From Azolla caroliniana (Eukaryota > Plantae > Polypodiophyta), in contig JBHGNT010000010.1 of the NCBI GenBank assembly GCA_043228905.1, forward strand, positions 16,926,001 to 16,990,000: a stretch of 64,000 bases of DNA. The letters are read 5' to 3'. A program made the translations under genes and the position numbers. How positions within the stretch are numbered: the stretch's first letter is position 1; each line of letters starts with the position of its first letter. Shown here piece by piece: positions 41,258-52,800 of this stretch. The notes under the pieces were generated by a model. That model searched no databases. It had not been told where the DNA came from and saw nothing but the letters and a program-made list of their open reading frames with translations.

Positions 41258-41699
41258 CATACACTCCTTTGATTCAATTGTCCGGTTGGCTTTTACACGT
41301 CCACGCTCAATCCCTCCTTATTCTCATGCTCGATTGTCTCTCTGAAGGTGAGTACAAATTAAGCCCCTCTTTATTTTGCTATACTCACTCGGTCCTCGAA
41401 CTTTGGTTCGGTGGAACGCATGTAGCGAGCCCTTGTTCGTGAATCCAGTGTTCAATTTGTCTAGCTGAAACCATAATGTATTTTTAGTTTTGATTTGTAT
41501 GTCGAGTGGAAGCCAAATCTACGTACGCCCTTCCCTTCAATAAATTGTTATTTGAATTTCCTTCGATGAAAGCACAAACTTATCCCATCCTTTATTAAAT
41601 TTGTTGGTTGATTTTGTAGAGTGAACAGATACATCAATCCCTCTTTTTTAGTGCGGAGAATAAACGAGGCACTCCTTCAATAAAATGATGTTCGAATAT

Positions 41700-42300
41700 T
41701 GAAGTTAAGCCTTCGTCTAGTAAATTGGTGTATTTGGTCCAATGAAAGTATAAAGCAAGCTCATCTTTGTAATTTGATGTTTAATTGGTAGGTTGTACTT
41801 ACCTCCCATTTCAAGAAATAACTTGTTCACAAAATTCTCGGTAAGTTTATGTAAGATCATTGGAAAATATATAAGAGTTATTACCCAATTATTGACCTTT
41901 ATAATATGCCCCCCTACCAAATATATGGTAGCCATCATATCTCTTAGGCCCTTGGATATATTATTTATAGTGGGAACAAGGTTACATGTGAATTGTAGGC
42001 AAGTAGACAATCTTAAGTCATCTACAATATATATTTTTATTCCAACAATGGTAAGATGAAAATATCCTATTTGGGAACTCTTCTATTGACCACAAAATTT
42101 GGGGTCCCTAATATGGGTGTGTAGATTGAATGAAATAGCTTTTTGTTTATCATAGAGAAGAAGGGAGATGTTTCACTAAATACATGAAGTGGTTAATTTA
42201 TGATTTCACATAACAAATTAAATAATAATTTACAAAAGGGGAGCTAATTTTTACATTCCGTAAGCAAATCAAACAATACAATGGTGTTAATGAAATTGGT
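41700..42300 (-). mobile_element. Degraded L1-like RT remnant
   Basis: ORF 41717-42010 contains LVGGHIIKVNNWVITLIYF, resembling the LS.GGR..LVN.VL post-RT motif of the other L1 copies. Confidence 0.4.
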
Positions 42301-43183
42301 CAACTATGTTGTTTGATTCTAGGATTCAATTCTCAGTATGTACATATTGTTTTTTTTAGTGAATTGAGCACAAGACAAGTCACACCTGAAGGTTTGTTTT
42401 CATATTCATAAACATCAACATGATTCTATGTTTGAGCATCAAATTGGATCAAAACTTGCATATATGAAATCTAGAAGAGGTGCATTAGTTCCATTTTATG
42501 TTGACAAACTACGAGTGTTTTTTCATAATCAATGGGGGAAGGGAAAAAACACATATTCGTTATCATGATTTACCAAAGATTAACCATCATGTATGGAGAA
42601 GAGGGCCAAGTGCTCAGTAACTACTCAAACATCCAATGGATAGGCTACGACTGACATTATATTAACCATGTCTAATATTTGTGCTAGACTCGTTAGTTTA
42701 ATCTATATATTAACCATTATTTACCCTTGCAGATATGTTGTTCATTTTAGGCCAAGATATAGAAATAGTTGATCAATTCCATTAGTTGACACTTATGACC
42801 AATGCCAAGACACGACTCTTGTGAGGATTGTGGCAATGTCTTCGTGACAAGCGTGCTTAAAATGTATCGTCCCCATGCTTAAAATCTTGGAATAAAGGTA
42901 CTACATGGGGATTGACTGTATGCTATGTAGATGAGTGGGACGGAGATCATTGTCATGTTATGACTTTAAGTCATGTGGTTATGATTATGGTACAATATCT
43001 TTTTTTTTCATGAAAGTCGAGTTTTGTGTTTTAAAGGAACTTATACTTCTAACCAAATTTATCTCGGGAAAAGTACGAGGATACCCCTGGAAGTTCGTCT
43101 ATTTACCAGAATGCCCCTCGAAGTTCTAACTTTACCAAACTACCCATATGTCCAAAAAAATACACTTTATAAAGTATGTATAC

Positions 43184-43442
43184 TGTGAAATGCTCAAGAT
43201 GTGAAATGCTCTCAAGAATAGCCCCCTTTTCATTATGTCTCAAGTTACATTTTATAGACTCTCTCTTAGCGTGGAGGGTGTTCTCCCGCTCCAATTAGCT
43301 CTACTAATTATGGGGCTTGGTGGGGGCCTAGTTTGGGTGTGGTGCATGAGGCTTGGTAGGGGCCTAATTTGGGTGTGGTCTATGTGTGGTGCATGGGGCT
43401 TGGTAGGGGCCTAATCTAGGTGTGGTCCATGTGACCACCACA
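43184..43442 (-). repeat. 3' LTR of Gypsy element
   Basis: Direct repeat of 47756-48014, preceded on the minus strand by PPT AAGGGGGAAT. Confidence 0.95.
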
Positions 43443-43464
43443 ATTCCCCCTTGTAAAAAAAAAG

Positions 43465-46400
43465 TTACTGTGCAGTCGAAGCGCGACGAGGCGTGGACGA
43501 CGGTTCCAGACGGGGGGATGACATGGGCGTGGGCATAGGCATGAGTGTGGGCGGGGGCGGTGGTAGTTGATGGAAGGGCTTCATGCGAGACTGGTGAGCA
43601 AAGGTAGAGCGGTTGTTGGAGGCGCGGCGGAGCAGGTATGTAGTGTCGCGTATCTGCTTTTGAACTTCGAAGGGACCGATCCATCAGTGCATGAGCGATT
43701 CGCTGAGACCGCGACGACGGATGGGGAAGTAGACGAGGACTTTGTCACCGACGTGGTATTGATGGTCGACACGGCCTATATCGTGTTGTCGTTTTTGGCG
43801 TAGTTGTGCCTGGTGCAGGTTGCTCGTGATGGCTTTGCGGAGGAGGGGCTGGAGTTGTTGTAGGTGGGACCACCAAGACACTGCGTCAACGTGGAGTCGT
43901 GTGGTTGGTTGCGGGACTGCCACTTCTGGGGGTAAGCGCGGGTCCCTTCCGTAAAGGGCCCGAAATGGGCTAATGCGGGTAGAGGCTTGCACAGTTGTGT
44001 CGTAGGCATGCGTAACAAAGGGCAAGATTCGGTCCCAGGTTGAGTGCAACGGATCGATGTAGGCTAAGATTTGTTGTTTTAAGGTTCGATTGAGGTGCTT
44101 CGTCAACCCATTCGTTTGCGGATGGTAGGGTGACGTGAATAACTGTTGGATTCCTAGTTGTGTTGAAACGAGGCGTAGGAGCTCACCGTTGAACTGGGGT
44201 CCTCGATCGGACAAGATTTGGAGTGGGCAACCGTGGGGGAAGATGATTTTCTCCAATAGTTTGGAGGCGATGGTCATAGCCTTTGCATCTGGGATAGCGG
44301 CCGTCTCAGCCCAACGCGTCAAGTACTCGGTGATGACGAGGATGAATTTGTTCCCTCCTTGTGACTCGGGAAAGGGGCCCATAATGTCCCATCCGACGAT
44401 TTCAAATGGAGCTTGTACTTGTATCGGATGTAAGAGGCCTTGAGCCACTTGAGGTGATTTGATGGCCTGACATAAGTTGCATGCTTTGATGTAGGAGGCG
44501 ACCTCGTGGCGTAGCCCAGGCCAATAGAATTTGCGACGAATTTTGTCGAGCACCTTATGAAAACCCAAGTGGCCGGACAACGGGTGATCGTGGAAGAAAC
44601 GAAGGTAAGACTGGCGTAGTTGCTCAGGCACGTAGACTCGGGGTTCTTTGCCTACTTGACAAAAAAGTAGGACATTATCCTGGATCATGAATTGCTTGGT
44701 GAGGATGTCGGTTCAGCTCGTAGGCGGTGGCAGATATCTTGGATTTGTTTGTCGTGTTGTTGCATGTTGGCCATTTGGGACGAGGATATGGGGAAATCGA
44801 TTGTGTTGGAGGTGATCTGGTTCGCCTGAAAGGATATGCGGGATAATCCATCGGCGACGATGTTTTGTGGACCATGGCGATAGCGCAGAGTGAATGTGTA
44901 ATCCTGTAGCGCCAAAACCCAACGAAGTAAGCGGCCGGGTGGATGAGCCTTCTTTATGAGGGAGAGCAATGGCTGATGGTCGGTTTCGACTGATGTATTT
45001 GATCCGTGAAGGTATGGGTGGAAACGATGGAATGCCCAGACGATGGCGAGGAACTCTTTTTCAGTTGTCGAGTAATTTTGTTCGGCTTTGGTAAGTGACC
45101 AACTGATGTAGGCAATTGGGCGGAGTTGGTCGTTGTCGTCGGATTGGAGCAGGACCGCACCAAGGCCGACATTGGAGGCATCCGTCTGCAGATGGAAAGG
45201 CTTCGTGAAATCAGGGTGGGCCAGGAGGTCAGAGGCTTGGAGTGTTCTCTTGAGCTGCAGGAAGCTGGATTCGCAGGCTTCGGTCCACAGGAAGGGTGCG
45301 TCTTTTTGTAGGAGCGCGCGTAGTGGGGCTGACAGGTCGGCTAGCCGTGGGATGAAACGAAGAGAGAACGTGAGGAGGCCGAGGAAGCGTTGAAGCTGCT
45401 TGACTGTGGTGGGGCGTGGGAATTTTTGGACTGCTTCTGTCTTCTTCGGGTCCATTTGTATTCCGTCGGAGGAGATGACGTACCCAAGGAAGCGGAGGCA
45501 CGTACTACCCCATCGGCACTTCTTCCATTGCAGCTGCAATCGATAGCGTTGAACACAAGTTAGGACCTCCCGAAGGACTTGAAGGTGTTCTGCCCAAGTG
45601 CTTGTATGTACCAGAATATCGTCTAGATAAACGATGACGACACGGCGGGTGATGAGATCATCGAAGATGGCATTAGCCATTCGCTGGAATGTGCTCCCCG
45701 CATCAGATAGGCCAAAGGGCATCCGTGTGAACTGAAAAATGCCTTTCCTAGTGCGGAATGCAGTTTTGTGGGCATCGTGAGGATTCATCGGGATCTGCCA
45801 ATATCCCGAGGCTAGATCGAGGGAGGTGAAGTACTTTGATTTGCCAAGCTGGTCGAGGAGGTCATCGATACGAGGGAGAGGGTATCGGTCATGGGTGGTG
45901 ACATGGTTCAGTTGTCGGAAGTCGACACAAAAGCGGTAAGAACCATCCCCTTTCTTTACCATGTGTGGCTCCGAGATCCACTCGCTCTTGGAAGGTGTGA
46001 TAATCCCTTGTTGGAGCATAGTTTTGACGGCGTTGTCGATGCGCTCGTGGTCGAGAGGCGAGCGACGTCGAGGAGCTGCGTTGATGGGGCGGGCGTTGCC
46101 TGTAGGAATCGTGTGGTGAATCGGAAAACGGACCGAGGGAGGTTTTACAGGTGGTGTAGACAACGAGGGAAAGGTGGCGAGGAGCCGTCTGATGTCGTTG
46201 ATGCGCTCCGCCGGTGATATCAGGTACTGTGTGTTGCTGATGTGGGTGGTATCCCGCGGAGTAGTGAAGAGCGCGATCGGAATGTGATTTGGGAGGATGA
46301 GCTGTTGTGCGGAGAAATCGAGACAGGCTCGACTAAGGAGGAACCAATCACATCCCAAGGTGATTGGGAACAACTGGCGCGGGAGGACGTAGAAACGATG

Positions 46401-46745
46401 GTGGATCTGGGCGGAACTAATGGTGAGCATGCACCTGACTTGCGTATGTGAGTGGTACACCCGTTGTTGGTCGCCGAAGAGGATTTTAATGGGCGGTGCG
46501 TGGCTCGTGGGAAGTTGTAATTGGGTGACTAAATCTGCGCTGATGGAAGAGATGTTGCTGCCGGAGTCGAGGAGAACTTCTTGGGTCGTGTGCTGGAGGC
46601 GGGCGATTGTGGTACAAACGGGCGAAGTTGATGAAGTGGAGGCGTGGACATGCGGGAGCGGCTCGATCGTGGGAGAAACGGGAGAAGTTGAGGACGTGGA
46701 GACGTGGACGTGCGGGGGCGGCTCTCCCTGCGGCACCCCGCACAT
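43465..46745 (-). pseudogene. pol: Gypsy pol (protease, RT, RNaseH, integrase with GPF motif), one frameshift (~44700) and one in-frame TGA (43684)
   Basis: LLDSGS (PR), YLDD (RT), TDAS...EKEFLAI...TDHQPL (RH), HDHPLSGH...C..C, DIMGP...SDRGPQF (INT). WIGPF follows the TGA. No chromodomain is visible. Confidence 0.93.
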
Positions 46746-47695
46746 TAGTTTTCCGGGAGCTCAGAGAGGGAGGCAGCGTCAGCCAATTGGACGTTCTGCT
46801 TCTGTTGGTGATTCTGCCACTTTCGGCAGTGACGCCGAATGTGGCCATAGTTGTTGCAGTAGAAACATTTGGGGCGTCCCTAGCTGTCTCGTTCGGGCAA
46901 TGCACGCTTGGCACGTAATTGCGCGTTCTGGATGTCGATGTCCATGGGAGTGACGGCTGGTATAGTGTTTGTATGATCATGACTGAGATTACCTGGTGTG
47001 TGCATGTCGTGCGCGTCTGCAGCTTCGATGCGTTGGGCAGTGAGGATGGCTTCGTGTAGTGTCGTCGGGCCTTGATCGCGTACACGGCGGCGGAGGTCAT
47101 GTCGTATACGCGGCCAGAAAAAAAACAACTTCATGTCCTCCGACATGTTGGCGTCAGCCCGGCGTAGGATCTGCACAAAACGAACCGCGAACTGGGTGAT
47201 GGGTTCGCGTGGTTGTTGGGTAATTGACTCAAGTTGTTGTAGGGTCGTATGGCGGGAGTCTTGATGAGCAAAATTCCGAATCATGGCTGCCCGTAACAGA
47301 TCCCAGTCGTTGCGTGTCTCTTCGGGTTGTTGTACAAGCCATGTTGCCGCGATATTCTCGAGGAGTGTCTTCATCTCCATTGCCTTCCGAGGGTGTGGCC
47401 ACTGGTGGTAACTGGCCACCATTTCGAAATGATCCAGCCAAGAGAGGACGTCTTCCGATGGTAGGCCGGAAAACGGTTTTGGGCGAACTCGAGAGTCCGG
47501 GAGATTTTGTTGTGGCTCGGATCGTGCTGAAAGAAAGGACAACATGGCTTGGTTAGTATGGTTAACTTGTAAAATGATGTTGGATAGAGCTTGAACCAGT
47601 TGGTCGATTGGCGATGTGGGCTGGTGTCCTTGATTGTGTTGTAGGAATTCCGGATTCATCGAGTTTGCGTTGCCGTTGTTGTTGTCGTGTTGCAT
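46745..47695 (-). pseudogene. gag: Gypsy gag (capsid + CCHC zinc knuckle) with in-frame TAG at 46880-46882
   Basis: Contains PKPFSGLPSEDVLSWLDHFE...W. After the TAG the same frame continues GRPKCFYCNNYGHIRRHC...LPEN*. Confidence 0.85.
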
Positions 47696-47755
47696 CGTGG
47701 CGGGCGTTGTTGGGGTCGTGAGTTGGGGTGGCTTTGCCCGTCTTCTCCACCAAGA

Positions 47756-48014
47756 TGTGAAATGCTCAAGATGTGAAATGCTCTCAAGAATAGCCCCCTT
47801 TTCATTATGTCTCAAGTTACATTTTATAGACTCTCTCTTAGCGTGGAGGGTGTTCTCCCGCTCCAATTAGCTCTACTAATTATGGGGCTTGGTGGGGGCC
47901 TAGTTTGGGTGTGGTGCATGAGGCTTGGTAGGGGCCTAATTTGGGTGTGGTCTATGTGTGGTGCATGGGGCTTGGTAGGGGCCTAATCTAGGTGTGGTCC
48001 ATGTGACCACCACA
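47756..48014 (-). repeat. 5' LTR of Gypsy element
   Basis: Direct repeat of 43184-43442, followed on the minus strand by TCT and the PBS. Confidence 0.95.
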
Positions 48015-48979
48015 ATACGCTCAAATTTACAAGCCTTATTTACCAGAGTACCCTTAAACCTAAACTTATTTACCATAATGTCACTATATACCTATTTTGA
48101 CCAATTTATACCACTTTTATTTTTCAAAATACATCATAAATCAAACTAAACCATCAAAATTATATTATATATCAAAAATTTCAATTGAAAGGTCACCTTA
48201 AAAACCAATTCTATGAATTTACACCGAGTTATACCGGCTTAATCCCATAATACCTTTGGGATGCCATTTTGAAGCCAAATTCCATGAATTTGCGGATTCA
48301 CAAACAATTTGCGGCCAAAATGTTAAACCAAATCTCACGAAAAACTTTGCTACCAAAATGTCATTTTAAACGAAATCTCACATAACACTTTGCTATTAAA
48401 ATGCCATCTTAAACCAAATTTCATGATTTTACACTAAATTTTGTTAGCAAAATGCAATCACAATTAAATCTACTCAATCTCATCAATTTAAAAAATACTT
48501 GCAAACCAAAATTAATTATCGAAATGTAATCATTACATCATACATGTTAATTTTTATCCGTCTACAATAAGTGTAATTCCAAAAATATCCACAAAATCAA
48601 ATATATCTATCAACTCAACAAAATATCTAATAATGCACAATCGTCACTAAATTAAGGCCCTAAAATTGTGAGCATTGTGTCCTTTCCCTCGACACCTTCC
48701 ACAACGATGTTCTTTCTTCTTTGTGCCTTCTTCTATTGTGTGTATACGTTTGGTTTTTGGATGTCTAGGAGGTCTTCGTGTGGCTAGTGAATCACTTAAG
48801 TAAAGAAATTTGTGTTTGAAGGGTATTATGGTAAATAGGGCTTGTAGATTTCAGTGTATAATTACTTTATAAAGTGTATTTTTTTGGACATAGGGGTAGT
48901 TTGGTAAATTTGGAACTTCTAGGGGCATTATGGTAAATAGATGAACTTCTAGGGGTATCCTGGTACTTTTCCCAACAAA

Positions 48980-49460
48980 AAATGAGAAGAGGGGTAGGAG
49001 AGGATGCTAAACTAATGAAAAGCGAGGGGAGGGGATGGTGAGAATTAGGGAAAAGTATGAGAGGGGTAGAATTGAAAATTAGGAAAAAATAAAAGATGAG
49101 GGGAGGGGTAGGATTGGAAAAAAGGAAAAACAAATTGAGAGGAAGATGCCAAAAGTTAAAAGGTGAGGGGTGGAATTGGAAAATAAGAAAAACAGAATGA
49201 GGGGATGATGCTAAAAGTTAAAAGGTGAGGGGTAGAGTTAAAAATAAGGAAAAGTGAGGGGGAGGGTATAGTGAAAATATTGAAAAGTTAAGGGAATGGT
49301 AGAGTTGAAAATAGGTAAGGGTATGATGAGAATTAGGTAAAAATAAAAGAGGGGTACAGTTAACATAGTGAGACACTATGGGGGAAGGATATCATGCAAG
49401 AGAAAGTGAGCGGGAGGGAGAGTGATGTAAGGTATATTGGTTACAACGAAAGGGTAGAAC
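48980..49460. repeat. Purine-rich degenerate tandem repeat (aaaagtgaggggtagaattgaaaat-like units)
   Basis: Strongly G/A-biased plus strand with recurring gagggg(t/g)ag...gaaaat.agg units. Confidence 0.6.
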
Positions 49461-49834
49461 ATGTAGTGAATACAAATGCCAACTACAATGTAGTCACGCG
49501 CATTGGAAAGTAAATACTAAGATTATGAAAAATGCCGACTATTGAAAGTAGCCCCATGCATACATACTAAAAGAGACAAAAGGGAATGCATGGTTACCGA
49601 ATGTAGTCCCATGCTTACAATGAAAAGATGTGAGGAAATGAGAAATAGGATGTTGAAGGCGTGTATGGGAGGCCGATGATGTCGTCGCAAAAGCCATCCA
49701 CTTGAAATGAGGGAACTTGACACGAAGTGGATACTCGAGGGGTGTCAATAATATGCCATCGTGGGTTCACTTCTCGGTGGATGGTCCTCCATAGAATTTC
49801 CTACAACTTGTGAGTTTTAGACTGTGAAAGCCTG

Positions 49835-49837
<3 letters not shown>

Positions 49838-49890
<53 letters not shown>

Positions 49891-52800
49891 GAAAGAAAGA
49901 AAGATATATTAACGTCTTCTAAGGTCAAATTTGGCCCATGAGACAAATGGTTTACAAAAAATGGGATATTTACCCATTCATCGAAAGTAAAAAATCAAAA
50001 TAAGATAAAAAATAGTTCTAAAAAAAACATGTTCTACAATGAAAATATGTTATACTAGGCCTAATTTCATTTCCATCCAAGTCTCTCGAAGAGAAGCGGG
50101 AGGTCAAAGGGTTGCGATGTGGATGTGGCCCATGGTCCCAATGTAAAAGGTACCCCAACCATAGGTTCTAGTCGACGTAGCTCACGTTCTCTTATCTTCT
50201 TAATCTTTTCTACTCCACATCGACTTGTTTTGAAGCCCAACATCCGAGGGCGTTTGGTTGTTCTTTGTATTTCTGCTTCCTCAAGGGAGAGGCCGAGTGG
50301 CGTAAGTGTATCCACATTCATCGTCTCCCCTTGTTCCTGAAAATTTACACTAGTTACATGTTGATGAATAGTAAAAGGGTTATGATTAACACTTTGTAAT
50401 TTATTCTCCCTATGTTGTTTTAGCTCTAAGATATACCTGCCTAGTCTTTTTACACTCGGGGTATCTAATAGTTTGGAGAGGGTGGGAGAGGGTCCTAATA
50501 TGTCTTGGTATTCTGCTCGTATCTCGGCATAAGTTGGGCACTTGCATGCGAAGTGATACTCATCCTCTATCTCTATGTGGCATAACCTACATAGCCTTTC
50601 CTCTCTAGGGACTCTATTAGCTCGACCATTCTCAATCTCAAGTTGGTGAGATGATATCCTAAGTTGTCCAATGGCCACCCTTAGTGCATTTGATAAGAAT
50701 GTATCTAGATATGTTGGTCGTGTAATAAAACCTAACTTAGAGAAGTGCAAGAAGTGTTCCTTATAGTACAACATTTTAGATGGGAGTGGCTCTTGTGGGG
50801 TGATCCATTTATATCGAGTGTAAATTTGCCATATTTCTTGGCGTATCACTTTATTACGGTCTTCATGAGAGATTAGAGTTTGATCAGTCCCATGGTTGTA
50901 CTTAAGGGGAGGTAGGTTATTAATGTCTATGCCGTTTGCAAGTAACCAACTCAACACAATGTTATACCAAGAGCTAGTGTCTCTAGATGCATGTAGGGAT
51001 CAGGATGCCTCAAAGGCTCAACGGGATATCCTATCTTGTGGTTGGCTATGTATCCGATGAATAAAAACTACCATTTGAAAGAGTGCTTCTACTAACATCG
51101 GGGGTAGACTAAACTCTGCTCTAATAATGTCATGCAGTACTGTCGATTTGCTTTAGAGTTGACGTGATAACATCGTCACCAAAGGTCTCTCTAATTGCGT
51201 CCACATGAAGGATGGTAGACATGGAGCCCATACTACTGATGCATACATGAGGGAAGGGATCACTAATGAGTCGAAGAGCCATCCCTTAGTCCGTGGCTCT
51301 TGAAAGAATGCCTGGTGGCATTGTCTCTCTAAGAGTGAGAGGGATGCATACCCTCTCGTTAGCCTATCTTTGGCTGCTTGGGTCATCGAGAATTTACCTG
51401 AGCGAGCACTAAACGTGACTCCCAAGTATACATATGATCCCACTACCTCAACTAGTTTATGAGAGAGGGTTAGGTGACATTTACTGCTAACTCGGGACAA
51501 TGTATGAAAGATAAGGACTTTAGTTTTCGTTAGATTCACTACTAGTCCTCGTTGTGTACAAAAGTCATCTAGGGCATTAAGATGCGTTTGTAGGTCATGT
51601 TCCAACTCCGAGAGCAAGACAATGTCATCTACGTAGAGTAAGAGACGAACTTGCGTATCCCCAATAACTACTCCCTTGCCTCCCTTTCGAGCAATAAAAT
51701 TAGTGATCTCATTAATGTAGATCCCAAAAAGAGTCAGTGACAAGGGGCAACCCTGTTTTACACCAATGGTGCTAGTGAAACAATAAGATAGGCCACCTGG
51801 GCATCGTACGCACCCAGAGACTTGCTCATATAAGGCATAAATGGCCCAAATCATGTCATTTGGTATCTCCAAGCTCTTAAGTCTATCAAACAACCTCTCC
51901 CTAGGAACTGTGTCAAAGGCTTTGCTGAAGTCCACAAAGCAACAATATAGTTTCTTCTTACGAGCCTTCATCTGGTCAATTAAGCACCTAAGTGTGAAGA
52001 TATGGTCAATAGTGGAGAAGGCTCGTCTAAAGCCAGCCTGCTCAGATGCGCGAAGACTTAACATTTCCATATAATCGTTGAGATTCGCTTCCATTACTGC
52101 AGCATATAGTTTAGCAAGTGTATGACCTATCATAATGGTCCTATACCATTGGGTCCCCTCCTTTATGTATAGGGGCCACTGTGTTCATGGCCCATTGTGG
52201 TGGAAAACCCTCGGCGAGGGCACGGTTGAAGATTACAGTGAGAAGGGGGGCTAGGCACTCTCGAGCATATATGATGTGCTCGACTCACAATCCTGTGTGG
52301 TTCATGGATTTCCTATGTTGTAACTTTTGTATGACCTTCGTGACCCTAGAGGTCGTGAAAAGTGTCCCCATGGTAGGTCGAGGTGTGGAAGGCATTGGAA
52401 TGGGTGGTTGGTTCGGGACATAGTAGAGTCTCTCGATATATGTGTGCCAAATATTGGGATCCTCGATGGGTGCTTGTGGTCTTGGTTCCCGTAGTCTCTT
52501 CCATGCAAGGGCGCAGTCCCTACTCATGAACATATGGTAGAGTTCCCAATATTGAGATGCTTCCCAAGCTTGTCTTTTACGACGTGTCATCTTGCGCATC
52601 TCTTTGCGAGCTTGTACTGAGGAAATAGTACCACTAAGTCACGACACCTTAAGTTGTCTATACAACTCTCTACAATCCTCATCATACCACTTGTTCTGTG
52701 GCATAGACCCTATTCTATTATGATTGGAACCTTTCGTGCATGGGAAGCTACTAGTTGCTGTTGAGTGAAGGATGTTTGTGAGTTTTGTAGTGAGGTTCTC

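Larger units (their letters stand above)
43184..48014 (-). mobile_element. Full-length Ty3/Gypsy LTR retrotransposon (4831 bp), identical 259-bp LTRs, 4-bp TSD ATAC
   Basis: LTRs 43184-43442 and 47756-48014 (TGT...ACA). PBS TGGTGGAGAAGACGGGCA at 47752-47735, PPT at 43443-43453, and gag-PR-RT-RH-INT domain order. Confidence 0.97.
43066..48973. mobile_element. Non-autonomous Mutator-like (long-TIR) element, split by the Gypsy insertion
   Basis: The left TIR GGGAAAAGTACGAGGATACCCCTGGAAGTTC... (43066-43183, continuing 48015-48070) is the imperfect reverse complement of 48800-48973 (...GAACTTCTAGGGGTATCCTGGTACTTTTCCC). Internal ~40-bp repeats at 48190-48430. No convincing TSD. Confidence 0.75.

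Noticed and set aside
41380-41450. tRNA or other structured RNA gene
   Set aside because: GGTTCG-like motifs are present, but I could not build a cloverleaf or correctly spaced A/B boxes.
43103-43294. ORF identical to the N-terminus of the 328-aa gag ORF
   Set aside because: It is just LTR sequence read from a TTG. The probable gag start is the ATG at 47695.
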